64,000 nucleotides of DNA from Candidatus Kapaibacterium sp. (GTDB lineage Bacteria > Bacteroidota > Ignavibacteria > Kapaibacteriales > UBA2268), in NCBI GenBank assembly GCA_963664875.1, contig OY761611.1, positions 960,001 through 1,024,000 on the forward strand. Direction: 5' to 3'. The notes under the pieces are model-generated. The model searched no databases and was not told the DNA's origin. It saw nothing but the letters and a program-made list of their open reading frames with translations. The stretch's first letter is position 1, and every line of letters begins with the position of its first letter. Position numbers and translations under genes: made by a program. This document shows, piece by piece, positions 1 to 9,732 of the stretch.

Positions 1-838
1 CCAATCCAAGAATACCGCCTAAGTCACGAGTAGAAACCCACAAAGACGATAAACCAAATAAGTTTGGAATTACTGTTACATGCGAGAAATAATTAGAATA
101 GCGTCTGATAATTTGTTCCTGCTTTTTGCTTTCGACTTTAGGCATAGCAATTATAGCATGATCTACTCTCAATTTAGAAGATATTTCCGGGATGACATCT
201 AATCCGCCAATTACAGGTATAGAGTCAATATATCCCCATCTGTCAATATCATCATCGACAGCAACTACAGGACGTAGCCCTATGTAGCTGTGCTTTTTGA
301 GCGAGGTAATAATTGTTTCGCCTGTTTTGCCTGCACCTATGATTATCACAGGAATGCCCCACCAGCTTTTACAAGCGACAAACTTCCTTATCATCGACCT
401 TCCCAGCGGCAAAATCAATAAAGAAGCTGCCCACGAGATTATAAACATAAATCGGGAAAACTCACCATCTTTAACTAAAAATGTAAGTCCGGCGAGCAGT
501 GCAAAGACAATCGACGTACTATAAGTAATGGAACGTAGTTCCTCTATAACGTCTATACCAAATCCCGGATAAAGACCTTTTAGATAAAATGCCAATGGGA
601 ATAATGGCAATATGAGCGAAATCACAGAGGAATAAAGACTCCAGTCTGCATTTTCAGGCATCATAAGGTCTCTTAAATAAAGAGATGTGAACATGGCAAA
701 AGCAACACAAAGCAAATCGATACTAATCAAAGTGGCAGATGCAGCGAGTTTCCTGAGAAAAATACTTTTTCTCGGTATTGCCTTTACATCCTTCGATTTA
801 AGTAAATCGGTTAACTGTTTTAACGATAAAGTTTCCAT
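1..838 (-). CDS. wbaP: Polyprenyl-phosphate sugar phosphotransferase (WbaP/exopolysaccharide priming glycosyltransferase), N-terminal part; runs off the window's left edge
   Basis: Not in the ORF track. Manual minus-strand translation from ATG 838 is open to the window edge: METLSLKQ..., four hydrophobic segments, GLYPG, EELRSI, SRFMF, WWGIPVIIIGAGKTG (Rossmann-like), GLRPVVAVDDD, IIAMP, VIPKLFGLSSLWVSTRDLGGILGL. This is the typical WbaP N-terminal layout. Confidence 0.85.
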   Translation of the reverse strand, partial: METLSLKQLTDLLKSKDVKAIPRKSIFLRKLAASATLISIDLLCVAFAMFTSLYLRDLMMPENADWSLYSSVISLILPLFPLAFYLKGLYPGFGIDVIEELRSITYSTSIVFALLAGLTFLVKDGEFSRFMFIISWAASLLILPLGRSMIRKFVACKSWWGIPVIIIGAGKTGETIITSLKKHSYIGLRPVVAVDDDIDRWGYIDSIPVIGGLDVIPEISSKLRVDHAIIAMPKVESKKQEQIIRRYSNYFSHVTVIPNLFGLSSLWVSTRDLGGILGL

Positions 839-988
839 TACATCAAATTAGGTAGTAAAAAAATTCAATAACTCTCTCCCGGAAAAAAACACTTGGGTGA
901 AAAAAAGAATCAAATGTCTCAAATGCTAATACACCCCTTTTAGCAAAAAGTTTACCAAAAGGGGAGCATCATCAAAAATATCTTGTAC

Positions 989-1768
989 TTAGCGGTAAAT
1001 ACCACGAGTAGAGTTTTCTATGAACGAAATACATCCTTGAACTTCAGGCAATATTTCGGGATTGTTCGCTTTATAGTTAGCGATACCGTCACGATTATTA
1101 AATCCTGAAAACAGGAGAGTATCGTAAAAAGCCTGAATTTTGTTTATCGTTTCGTTTTCAAAGCCTCTTCGGCGAAGGCCTACTTTATTTATTCCTTCGA
1201 CCTGAGCCGGCTTTCTGCCAATAAGAGTATATGGAGCCACATCTTTTACTAGAAGCACGTCAGCACCAATCATTGCATGAGCACCGACTGTGCAGAACTG
1301 GTGTACTTTGGCTACACCGCCAAGAACTACCCAATCTTCAATATGCACATGCCCTGCTAACTGCACGAGATTGGACATAATAACATTGTCACCGACAATA
1401 CAGTCATGAGCGACGTGGCAGTATGTCATAATCAAACAGTCACTTCCAACTTTTGTAACACCTGTGCTGTCTGTGCCACGATTGATAGTAGCAAATTCCC
1501 TTACTACTGTTCTATCGCCCACAAAGGCATAAGTAGCTTCACCTTTAAATTTCAAATCTTGAGGCTCGGTAGCAATCACTGCACCGTTGCAAATCACACA
1601 ATCTTTACCGATTCTTGTCCCGTTTGCAAGGACAACATTTGAACGGATTTCCGTATTATCTCCGATGATTACATCGTCTTGGATAATAGAAAACGGCCCG
1701 ACTTTTACATTTTCACCTATAGTTGCTTTTTCGGAAACTATGGCAGTCGGATGTATCAATTCTCTCAT
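989..1768 (-). CDS. lpxA: Acyl-ACP--UDP-N-acetylglucosamine O-acyltransferase
   Basis: Hexapeptide repeats, IHPTAIV start, PQDLKFKGE, REFATINRGT, HVAHDC, VHQFC; overlaps the stop of lpxC-fabZ by 4 bp. Confidence 0.97.
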   Translation of the reverse strand: MRELIHPTAIVSEKATIGENVKVGPFSIIQDDVIIGDNTEIRSNVVLANGTRIGKDCVICNGAVIATEPQDLKFKGEATYAFVGDRTVVREFATINRGTDSTGVTKVGSDCLIMTYCHVAHDCIVGDNVIMSNLVQLAGHVHIEDWVVLGGVAKVHQFCTVGAHAMIGADVLLVKDVAPYTLIGRKPAQVEGINKVGLRRRGFENETINKIQAFYDTLLFSGFNNRDGIANYKANNPEILPEVQGCISFIENSTRGIYR

Positions 1769-3165
1769 AATTCACCATCCACTAATGCTACCTGAAACTC
1801 GGATTCGGCCGCGATGTTGCCATCTACCATAGCCACACCCTGCATCCAATATGTATTAAATCTTTTATTTACCATTTTGACTTCCATCACTAATTGGTCA
1901 CCCGGCAAAACAGGCTTTCTAAACTTAGCACTTTTTATGCCCATAAACAAAGCCAATCTTCCGTTTAACTCACCTACTTCCTGCAACAACAACATTCCGC
2001 CTACCTGAGCCATTGCCTCACAAATAAGTACTCCCGGCATTACAGGTTTCTGTGGAAAATGTCCCGGGAAAAATGGTTCGTTGACAGTTACATTTTTATA
2101 ACCTATGATTTCTTTTTTCTCAGTATCAAGGTGAGTGATTCTATCTACTAACAAAAACGGATAGCGATGTGGGAGGAACTGTTTAATTTGGTCAACATCC
2201 ATCACGACTTGTTTGTTTTTGTTAGGTAAGTATTTTTCTTTTTGTTTTTTCTCTAAATATTTTTGTCTAATCAACTTAGAAAATTCGTAGTTGCTTGCGT
2301 GTCCCGGTCTTGCAGCCAATATCTGTCCTTTGACAGGAACTCCTATCAGAGTCATATCGCCTATCATATCGAGCAATTTGTGTCGTGCGGGTTCATTTTT
2401 AAATCTCAAAGGTGTATCGTTTAAGATACCGCTCTGCCCTATTTTAGGAGCTTCCTGCAGATTAAAAATTGATTTAATATTGTCCAATTCCTCATCATTC
2501 ATCTCTTTATCGACAATAACAAGGGCACTATCCAAACTTCCGCCTTTTATTAGGTCATGTTTGCGAAGCATTTCGACTTCTGTAAGAAAGCAAAACGTCC
2601 TTGCAGGTGCAAATTCTGTTACAAATTCTTTTTCTAAATCGAAAAGTCCTGTATGCTGGCTACCCAATGCAGGATTGAAGTAGTCAACCATAACTGTAAC
2701 TCTGTAGTTGTTATTAGGAAGAGCTACTATTTCCACATGCTTTTCTTCGTTTGAGTATGAGATTGTTTCTTCTATTTCAAAATACTCACGCTCTGCGTCT
2801 AATTGTTTTATGCCTGCCGTTTGTAAGGCTTGGACATAAGGCATCGAACTCCCATCTACAACCGGTGGTTCGTTTGCTGATAATTCTATAAGGCAGTTAT
2901 CTATTTTCAAACCGGCTAATGCAGCTAATACATGCTCTACAGTATGAACTTTGACATCATCTATACCAAGAGTAGTTCCGCGTGACAAATCCACAACATA
3001 ATCAACCAAAGCAGGTATTTCTACTTTTTCTGCTAAGTCTGTACGTACAAATTTATAACCATGATTTGCCGGAGCAGGATGAAATGTAATTTTTGAAGTA
3101 TTGCCGGTATGTAAACCAATTCCTTCGAATGACACTGACTGTGCGATAGTTGTTTGCTTTTCCAT
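1765..3165 (-). CDS. lpxC: Bifunctional UDP-3-O-acyl-GlcNAc deacetylase / 3-hydroxyacyl-ACP dehydratase (LpxC-FabZ fusion)
   Basis: LpxC motifs [36 protein letters not shown]; FabZ motifs [28 protein letters not shown] 3165 (MEKQTT) preferred over the ORF-track start at 3195. Confidence 0.96.
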   Translation of the reverse strand: MEKQTTIAQSVSFEGIGLHTGNTSKITFHPAPANHGYKFVRTDLAEKVEIPALVDYVVDLSRGTTLGIDDVKVHTVEHVLAALAGLKIDNCLIELSANEPPVVDGSSMPYVQALQTAGIKQLDAEREYFEIEETISYSNEEKHVEIVALPNNNYRVTVMVDYFNPALGSQHTGLFDLEKEFVTEFAPARTFCFLTEVEMLRKHDLIKGGSLDSALVIVDKEMNDEELDNIKSIFNLQEAPKIGQSGILNDTPLRFKNEPARHKLLDMIGDMTLIGVPVKGQILAARPGHASNYEFSKLIRQKYLEKKQKEKYLPNKNKQVVMDVDQIKQFLPHRYPFLLVDRITHLDTEKKEIIGYKNVTVNEPFFPGHFPQKPVMPGVLICEAMAQVGGMLLLQEVGELNGRLALFMGIKSAKFRKPVLPGDQLVMEVKMVNKRFNTYWMQGVAMVDGNIAAESEFQVALVDGEL

Positions 3166-3224
3166 TAACTTACAGTGTTGTTTATAAAAACTCAATTAAC
3201 AATATTGTAGTTTAATACGTCCAA

Positions 3225-3232
3225 CAAAAATA
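3225..3232 (-). promoter_or_regulatory. Bacteroidetes-type sigma70 -7 element (TATTTTTG) upstream of lpxC-fabZ
   Basis: Matches TAnnTTTG about 60 bp upstream of the ATG. Confidence 0.45.
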
Positions 3233-3561
3233 AGAATAATGTTCAACAATTCTAAATAATTCTATCCACATTGAGGTAAAACTACTTAAAATCTATACAA
3301 ATGATTGCTCTAATCACAAGACTAGTTCCAACTAAGGGATTTTACTTAGTAAAATACTAACTTATACAAGCAAGATTGTTTTTCAATCAACAAATCAATT
3401 TTCTATCTCTATAATCGAATTTTATATCTAAATTCAAGTAATAAATGCAACACTTAGATTAGACGTTATCGAAGAAAAGCATAATTTTTTTCAAAACAGG
3501 AAAGCAGAAAGGCACAATAAAAAAGCAATAATATATAAAATTGACATAAGAATTTCTCCTT

Positions 3562-3593
3562 AAAAAAAAACGGAGGGTATTCGCCCTCCGTTT
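3562..3593 (-). terminator. Rho-independent terminator after iorB
   Basis: AAACGGAGGG-TATTCG-CCCTCCGTTT perfect stem with a long T-run on the minus strand. Confidence 0.85.
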
Positions 3594-3661
3594 GCATTTA
3601 TTTGACGATATTAAATTTTACTGTGTCAAACAAGTGAAGAGATAGTGTATTGACTGAATAA

Positions 3662-4243
3662 CTAAATATTCTTATCAGCAAATTCTCTTCCTGCTCTCAA
3701 AGCAGCTATATTGTCATTTAGTATTTTTTCTCCTTTACTGCCAAATAGAGTGTGGAGAGATTTTTCAAGAGCTTCCATCTCCATTCCGAGTACTTTGGAA
3801 GCAGCACCAAGTGTTACGATGTTTGCAGCCTTTGGAGCGCCTAAATCTTTAGCAATTCTGTCTGCATCGAGAGCAACACGATTTGGCTGTTTATCTATTT
3901 CTGCAAGAACTTCTTCCATGTCAGGATAGTTAGGAATATTTACAAAAGGTGTTGTATTCGTAATGAGCCATCCGTCAGGAGCCAGGAACGGCAAATAACG
4001 CAATGCTTCCATAGGCTCAACAGCAATAATCAAATCCGCTCTGCCTTCTGGAATAAGGTCAGAATTTATAGGCTTGTCCGATAGACGGAAGTGAGACTGA
4101 ACATCGCCACCTCTCTGGCTCATGCCATGCACTTCAGCCTGTTTGAGGTAGAGATTAGAAGCTACTGCTGCATAACCTATAGTTGCTGCAATGGTTAGAA
4201 TACCCTGTCCGCCTACGCCTGCTAAAATAATATCTTTTTTCAT
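3662..4243 (-). CDS. iorB: Indolepyruvate:ferredoxin oxidoreductase beta subunit
   Basis: LAGVGGQG, EVHGMSQRGGDV, EPMEALRY, ANIVTLGA; directly downstream of iorA. Confidence 0.93.
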   Translation of the reverse strand: MKKDIILAGVGGQGILTIAATIGYAAVASNLYLKQAEVHGMSQRGGDVQSHFRLSDKPINSDLIPEGRADLIIAVEPMEALRYLPFLAPDGWLITNTTPFVNIPNYPDMEEVLAEIDKQPNRVALDADRIAKDLGAPKAANIVTLGAASKVLGMEMEALEKSLHTLFGSKGEKILNDNIAALRAGREFADKNI

Positions 4244-4275
4244 ATTCGTATCGTATTCTTATTTGTTATTAAAAA

Positions 4276-5880
4276 CTATTTAGATTTCTTCGCAGCACGT
4301 TTTGATTTAGTCAAAGTAACTAAACATTCGCGGCGAGGGATAATTACAGAAACACCTTCGTAAGCTAATTCTTTTTTGATTAGTTCTACGTTAGCTTCAT
4401 GTTCTTTCTTCACAGGATTGATTACATGTAAGTGCTCTTTTTCTACACCAAGACCAAGGCAAATTTGCTCAAGTCTTCCAAGTGCAGATGATTTTTGTCC
4501 ACCTGTCATGCCGGTAGTTTCATTATCCAAAATCATAATAGTTACAGGAGTTTTGTCATTTATACAATCCAAAAGACCTGTCATGCCTGAGTGAGTAAAA
4601 GTAGAGTCACCAATAACACCTACTACCGGATGCATACCGGCATCAGCAGCACCTTTCGCCATTGTAACAGATGCTCCCATATCTACGCAAGAGTTGATAG
4701 CATTATAAGGCTCTAAGGCACCAAGAGTATAGCAGCCAATGTCAGACATCACTCTACCATCGCCATGCTCAGCAAGGGCTTCATTTAATGCATTATAAGA
4801 GAAAATGTGTGGGCAACCATCGCAAAGTTTTGGAGGGCGAGGCTTCACAATATCAGGTACCGGATTGCCTTTAGTAATTTCTTTGCCCATAGCTTTTGCA
4901 ACGATATTCGGATTAAGCTCGCCGTCTCTTGGAAGTAATCCGTCTAATCGACCACGTACATTAACGCCTTTGTCCAAAAATCCTCTAAGCATTTCTTCTA
5001 CGATAGGATAACCTTCTTCGAAGATATAAATTTGCTCTACTTCCTCAGCCATTTTCTCAACCATTTTTTTAGGAAGAGGGTACTGAGTTATTTTTAAAAC
5101 AGGGTGAGGTACATTGCCATCAGTATAGTTTTCCATTAGATAATTATAAGCTATACCGGTAGTAATGATACCGATTTTTTTATCTTCAGCATCAATATAT
5201 TTATTGAATCCGCTGTTTTCACTTGCATCTTCAAAATTTTTCTGATTGTCTAAGAGTAATTTGTATCTTTTCCTTGCAATAGCAGGAAGAAGCACAAATT
5301 GCTTTAAATCTTGAGGCAGTTTGGCTTCGTTTTGATTTTTTGTTTCTTTTCTGATAACATCAGCTCTTGAGTGAGCAAGTCTTGTTGTAATTCTCATTAG
5401 AACAGGAGTGCCAAATTTTTCACTCAATTCATAGCCATAGTGGCACATGTCATAAGCTTCCTGCTGATTAGAAGGTTCTAATACAGGCAACATAGCAAAT
5501 TTGCCAAAATAGCGCGAATCTTGTTCGTTTTGAGAAGAGTGCATAGAAGGATCATCTGCTGAAACAAATATCAAGCCACCATTAGCTCCTGTAACTGCAG
5601 AGTTCATAAATGCGTCAGCAGCAACGTTTAGACCAACGTGTTTTTGGCATACCATAGCTCTTTTGCCGGCATAAGACATACCAATAGCAGCTTCCATAGC
5701 AGTTTTTTCGTTAGCTGACCAAGCAGATCGTACTCCTGCTTCGCGAGCTTGTTTAGATCTTTGAACATACTCGGTGATTTCTGTAGAAGGAGTCCCCGGA
5801 TAAGCATAAATACCGGAAATGCCGGCATCTAATGCACCCTGAGCGATAGCTTCATCACCTAATAACAATAACTTTTCCAT
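4276..5880 (-). CDS. iorA: Indolepyruvate:ferredoxin oxidoreductase alpha subunit
   Basis: LLGDEAIAQG, YPGTPSTEI, NEKTA, KHVGLNVAAD, DDPSMHSSQNEQD, LCDGCPH, DIGCYTLG, TPP motif GDSTFTHSG...DNETTGMTGGQ. Confidence 0.95.
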   Translation of the reverse strand: MEKLLLLGDEAIAQGALDAGISGIYAYPGTPSTEITEYVQRSKQAREAGVRSAWSANEKTAMEAAIGMSYAGKRAMVCQKHVGLNVAADAFMNSAVTGANGGLIFVSADDPSMHSSQNEQDSRYFGKFAMLPVLEPSNQQEAYDMCHYGYELSEKFGTPVLMRITTRLAHSRADVIRKETKNQNEAKLPQDLKQFVLLPAIARKRYKLLLDNQKNFEDASENSGFNKYIDAEDKKIGIITTGIAYNYLMENYTDGNVPHPVLKITQYPLPKKMVEKMAEEVEQIYIFEEGYPIVEEMLRGFLDKGVNVRGRLDGLLPRDGELNPNIVAKAMGKEITKGNPVPDIVKPRPPKLCDGCPHIFSYNALNEALAEHGDGRVMSDIGCYTLGALEPYNAINSCVDMGASVTMAKGAADAGMHPVVGVIGDSTFTHSGMTGLLDCINDKTPVTIMILDNETTGMTGGQKSSALGRLEQICLGLGVEKEHLHVINPVKKEHEANVELIKKELAYEGVSVIIPRRECLVTLTKSKRAAKKSK

Positions 5881-5981
5881 TTATAGACCAATTTATCGTA
5901 GATAAAACAATTTTCAACTAAGACAAAATAAGAAAAATCGTTAAAGAAGTGAATTTAAAGAATTTAATAGAAAGAAACAAT

Positions 5982-6014
5982 AAAAAAGACTGCCCCGTTT
6001 TGTGAGGCAGCCTT
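5982..6014 (-). terminator. Terminator after the EF-G2 gene
   Basis: AAGACTGCCCC/GAGGCAGCCTT imperfect stem followed by a T-run on the minus strand. Confidence 0.65.
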
Positions 6015-6045
6015 AGTTTTAATATCAGAGTTGGTATTTGATATT

Positions 6046-8172
6046 CTATTCGTCGTCTTCCTGATCTTTTTTATATTTATCAATGAGTGCAGACTGAACA
6101 TCACCCGGAACAGGTTGGTATTCATCAAATTCGGCACTGAATGTACCTTTAGCTTGAGTCATTGATCTGATTGCTGTAGCGTATTTGTCTAATTCTGCCT
6201 GTGGCATTTTAGCATTTACTACCTGGAATCTACCTTCTGTATCAATACCTAGAATCATACCTCTACGAGAAGGCAAATCACTCATAATATCGCCTACATA
6301 ATCTTCAGGAACTTTGATGGCTACATTGTAGATAGGTTCGAGTATCTTAGGATTAGCGTTCACAAATCCGGATTTGAATGCCTGCGAACCAGCCATTTTA
6401 AATGCAGCTTCATTAGAATCTACCGGGTGCATCTTACCATCATGTACATAAACACGAATATCACGTACATACGAACCAGTAAGAGGACCTATTTCCATTT
6501 TGTCCATAATACCTTTTAGAATAGCAGGCATAAATCTTTGGTCAATTACACCACCTACGATACAATTGACAAATTCGAGCTTGCCACCCCATTTCAAATC
6601 ATGCAACTCTTTGCCGCGAACTGTCAAATCACTTGCATAAGGAGCATTTTCTGCCCATGGCTCGATTCGCATATGTACTTCGGCAAACTGACCTGCACCA
6701 CCGGATTGTTTTTTATGGCGGTAGTCAGAGTTGATAGATTTTTGTATTGTTTCGCGGTAAGGCACTCTTGGTTCGCCGAATTCCGCTTCTACTTTGTAAC
6801 GTTTTTCTAATCTGTATTTAGCTTTTTGAAGGTGTAATTCACCCTGAGCGTGCAAGATAGTCTGACGCAATTCTTGTGAGTGCTCTACTCTGTATGATGG
6901 GTCTTCTGCATTAAGAGAGTGCAATCCCATACCAACTTTTTCTTCTTCGCCTTTTGTTTTAGGATAAATTGCTACGCGTACTTTCGGTCTTGGATAAACA
7001 ACTTTTTTATAAGTTACATCAAGTCCTTTTTCAGCAAATGTATCGTTTACGTGAGCAGTTTTAAGCTTAACTGTGGCAGCAATGTCGCCTGCGTGAACTT
7101 CAGCAACCTCTGTCCTGTCTTTTCCTTGGATAACAAACAGCTGGCCAAATCTTTCAGATTGATTGCGTGTAGTGTTATTCATATCCATAGAAGATTTGAG
7201 AGTGCCGGACATAACTTTGAAATAAGTCATATCACCAAGTCTCGGATCAGAGTATAGCTTATACATAAACAAAGACGTTTTTGCTTTTTCATCATAAGCA
7301 ACTTCTTTGCCTTCTGTAGAAACGGTATTAGGCATATCTACAGGAGAAGGGAAGTTATTTACGATAAAGTTAAGCATAGTAACCATACCGATATTATTTT
7401 TGCTTGAAACAGCGAAAATAGGCATGATAAGTCTGTTAGTTATAGCTTTTTTGAGACCAGTTTTGAACTCATCTTCTGAAATTTGACCTTCTTCGAGGTA
7501 TTTATTCATCAATTCTTCGTCAGTTTCTGCAACTGATTCTAAAAGCTCGCTATATAGCTCGTCAGCTTTATCTTTATGTTCATCAGGAATTTCTGATTCT
7601 GTAACGTTGCCGTCTTTGATTGTAAGCATTTTTTTAGCAAAAACGTCAATCACAGCGTTAAACGAAGGTCCTGTAGTTACAGGGAATTGAGTAGGTTTGA
7701 TACTTTTGCTGTATCTTTCCTGCAATTCAGAAATAATGGTATCAAAATCTATATTTTCTGCATCCAGTTTGTTGATAACAAAAGCAGTAGGTTTTTCTAA
7801 TTCATTAGCATACTGCCAAGAGAAGTCAGATCCGACTTCAGCACCATGAGCAGCATTGATTGTGATAAGTGCTACGTCTGCAGCATAGATAGAAGCGTTC
7901 ACTTCGCCAATATAATCATCAAAACCCGGGTTGTCTATAAGATTGATTTTGGTGTCTTTCCACTCTGCAAAAACAGGTGTGCCGTAAACCGAGTTGCCTT
8001 TTTCGTGTTCTAATTCTCTAAAGTCTGAAACAGTGTTATTGTCTTCAACTTTACCAATACGATTAATCATTCCAGCTTTAAATAAAATACACTCCGTCAA
8101 ACTTGTTTTGCCGGAGCCTGCGTGCCCCACCAAAGCAATGTTCCTGATATTCTTTGATTCATAAACTTTCAT
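6046..8172 (-). CDS. fusA: Elongation factor G paralog (EF-G2 type)
   Basis: Full five-domain EF-G length (708 aa). GHAGSGKT, DNPG, NKLD, GELHL, VPYRETI, KKQSGGAGQF, HPVDS, EPIY. Switch motifs are non-canonical and the gene lies outside the str operon. Confidence 0.92.
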   Translation of the reverse strand: MKVYESKNIRNIALVGHAGSGKTSLTECILFKAGMINRIGKVEDNNTVSDFRELEHEKGNSVYGTPVFAEWKDTKINLIDNPGFDDYIGEVNASIYAADVALITINAAHGAEVGSDFSWQYANELEKPTAFVINKLDAENIDFDTIISELQERYSKSIKPTQFPVTTGPSFNAVIDVFAKKMLTIKDGNVTESEIPDEHKDKADELYSELLESVAETDEELMNKYLEEGQISEDEFKTGLKKAITNRLIMPIFAVSSKNNIGMVTMLNFIVNNFPSPVDMPNTVSTEGKEVAYDEKAKTSLFMYKLYSDPRLGDMTYFKVMSGTLKSSMDMNNTTRNQSERFGQLFVIQGKDRTEVAEVHAGDIAATVKLKTAHVNDTFAEKGLDVTYKKVVYPRPKVRVAIYPKTKGEEEKVGMGLHSLNAEDPSYRVEHSQELRQTILHAQGELHLQKAKYRLEKRYKVEAEFGEPRVPYRETIQKSINSDYRHKKQSGGAGQFAEVHMRIEPWAENAPYASDLTVRGKELHDLKWGGKLEFVNCIVGGVIDQRFMPAILKGIMDKMEIGPLTGSYVRDIRVYVHDGKMHPVDSNEAAFKMAGSQAFKSGFVNANPKILEPIYNVAIKVPEDYVGDIMSDLPSRRGMILGIDTEGRFQVVNAKMPQAELDKYATAIRSMTQAKGTFSAEFDEYQPVPGDVQSALIDKYKKDQEDDE

Positions 8173-8311
8173 TGTTTTTCTCCAATGTTACGCTATATGT
8201 AGATAAATTCATTTGTTTAACTGAATCTTGATTTTTGAAGCCTTAAGTTATACAATTTTTTTCAAATAATAAAAATATTTTTGCGTTAAAATACATTTAC
8301 CCCTTTTTGCT

Positions 8312-8319
8312 TATATTTG
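8312..8319 (+). promoter_or_regulatory. Bacteroidetes-type -7 element (TATATTTG) for the M16 peptidase-murC-PPIase cluster
   Basis: Exact TAnnTTTG followed by C; overlaps the ORF-track TTG start, so the real start is downstream. Confidence 0.55.
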
Positions 8320-8355
8320 CCTGTAAAGTTAATACACAATCTAACGGATGAAGTG

Positions 8356-9627
8356 ATGCAAGGTTTGGACCTGAGAAATATTTTAAAAATGGAAAAAGTT
8401 GTATTGAGCAATGGACTTAAGCTCGTATTAGTCAAAAAAAATATCCCTACTGTCAGCTTGGCACTTTCGTACAAAGTTGGCTCAAAAAACGAATCAAATG
8501 GTACAAGAGGTTTTGCTCATCTTTTTGAGCACATGATGTTCGAAGGCTCGAAAAATGTCCCTCACGGCAAATTCGATGAGTACTGCTCTATAGCCGGCGG
8601 CACTAATAACGCATATACGACATACGACTGGACTTCATACACTATGACAGTTCCTTCTCACCAGTTGGAACTTGCTTTGTGGTTGGAATCTGATAGATTG
8701 TTTAATTTTGAAGTTAGCGAAGACGCCTTGGAAACACAGAAAAATGTAGTAACAGAAGAAATAAGACAGGTCGTCGAAAATTCTCCTTACGGCAGATGGC
8801 GAGAGTTGTTATCAGAAAACGCTTACCCGGCAAAATCAGGTTATTCATGGGAAGTCCACGGCACTATAGAGGACGTTCAGGCTGCCGATTTGCAAAAAGC
8901 AAATGACTTTCACAGCAAATATTATCGTCCGGATAATGCAGTACTGGTATTAGTTGGAGACGTAGATAATACATCGATTGAACTAGTAAAAAAATATTTT
9001 GACAAACCTTTACCGGAGAACCTGCCCTTTCTTGATAAATCTAATTCAGAAAAAGCAATAATCGGTAATAAAAAGGCAGAATACTACGACAATGTCCCTC
9101 ACCCTGCTGTTTTTCTTAACTATCACCTTGAAGGATTTGCCTCAGATGATGTGCTGAGAGCAGACTTATTGGCAAACATTCTGGGGACAGGCAAAAGCTC
9201 GAGATTATTTGAAGGCTTGGTTTACGAAGATCAAATTGCCTCATCTGTCGGAGCTTATGTCGATAAAAGAGAAATTTCCTCTCTGCTCACTTTATATGCT
9301 ATTGGCAGTGAAAAGAATATACAGGCTGACGATTTGAGCTCTTTAATGAAAGATGAGCTGAAGCACTTACTTTTAGAAGGAATAAATGAAGAAGAATTGC
9401 AGAAAGCAAAGAATCAGATTATTTCTTCAATCGCATACGAAATTCAATATTCTTATGGAATTGCGGATGTAATTTCTTCTAATGTTTTGTTTTTTGAAGA
9501 TGACTCGAAGTTGCTACAAATCTTGGAAAAATATAATTCCATAAATGCAAAAGAGCTTATAGAATTCGGAGAAAAGCTGTTTGATTTTGAAAATTGTGTA
9601 CGAATTGACGTGCTACCCAAATTTTAG
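8356..9627 (+). CDS. M16 (pitrilysin/insulinase) family zinc peptidase
   Basis: GFAHLFEHMMFEGS (HxxEH), NAYTT, ESDRL, EEIRQ, YYRPDNA, SSRLF; start at ATG 8356 or 8389. Confidence 0.92.
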   Translation: MQGLDLRNILKMEKVVLSNGLKLVLVKKNIPTVSLALSYKVGSKNESNGTRGFAHLFEHMMFEGSKNVPHGKFDEYCSIAGGTNNAYTTYDWTSYTMTVPSHQLELALWLESDRLFNFEVSEDALETQKNVVTEEIRQVVENSPYGRWRELLSENAYPAKSGYSWEVHGTIEDVQAADLQKANDFHSKYYRPDNAVLVLVGDVDNTSIELVKKYFDKPLPENLPFLDKSNSEKAIIGNKKAEYYDNVPHPAVFLNYHLEGFASDDVLRADLLANILGTGKSSRLFEGLVYEDQIASSVGAYVDKREISSLLTLYAIGSEKNIQADDLSSLMKDELKHLLLEGINEEELQKAKNQIISSIAYEIQYSYGIADVISSNVLFFEDDSKLLQILEKYNSINAKELIEFGEKLFDFENCVRIDVLPKF

Positions 9628-9732
9628 TGAACCTTTTGGATTTTTATGTGTAGCTACGTATTGAATTAATAGAGTTTTATAAGAAGTTTTCTTAGCTTTG
9701 TAGTTTGTTATTAATTTCAGTACGCTAAAAAT

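Noticed and set aside
934-964. CCCCTTTT...AAAAGGGG hairpin between lpxA and wbaP
   Set aside because: Plausible weak terminator, but the loop is long and there is no clear U-tract on the sense strand; not called.
3196-3560. AT-rich intergenic region with a DnaA-box-like CTATCCACA (3262) and weak 22-bp quasi-periodicity; possible oriC
   Set aside because: Only one imperfect box, no box cluster and no dnaA/gidA context; explained as the lpxC promoter region.
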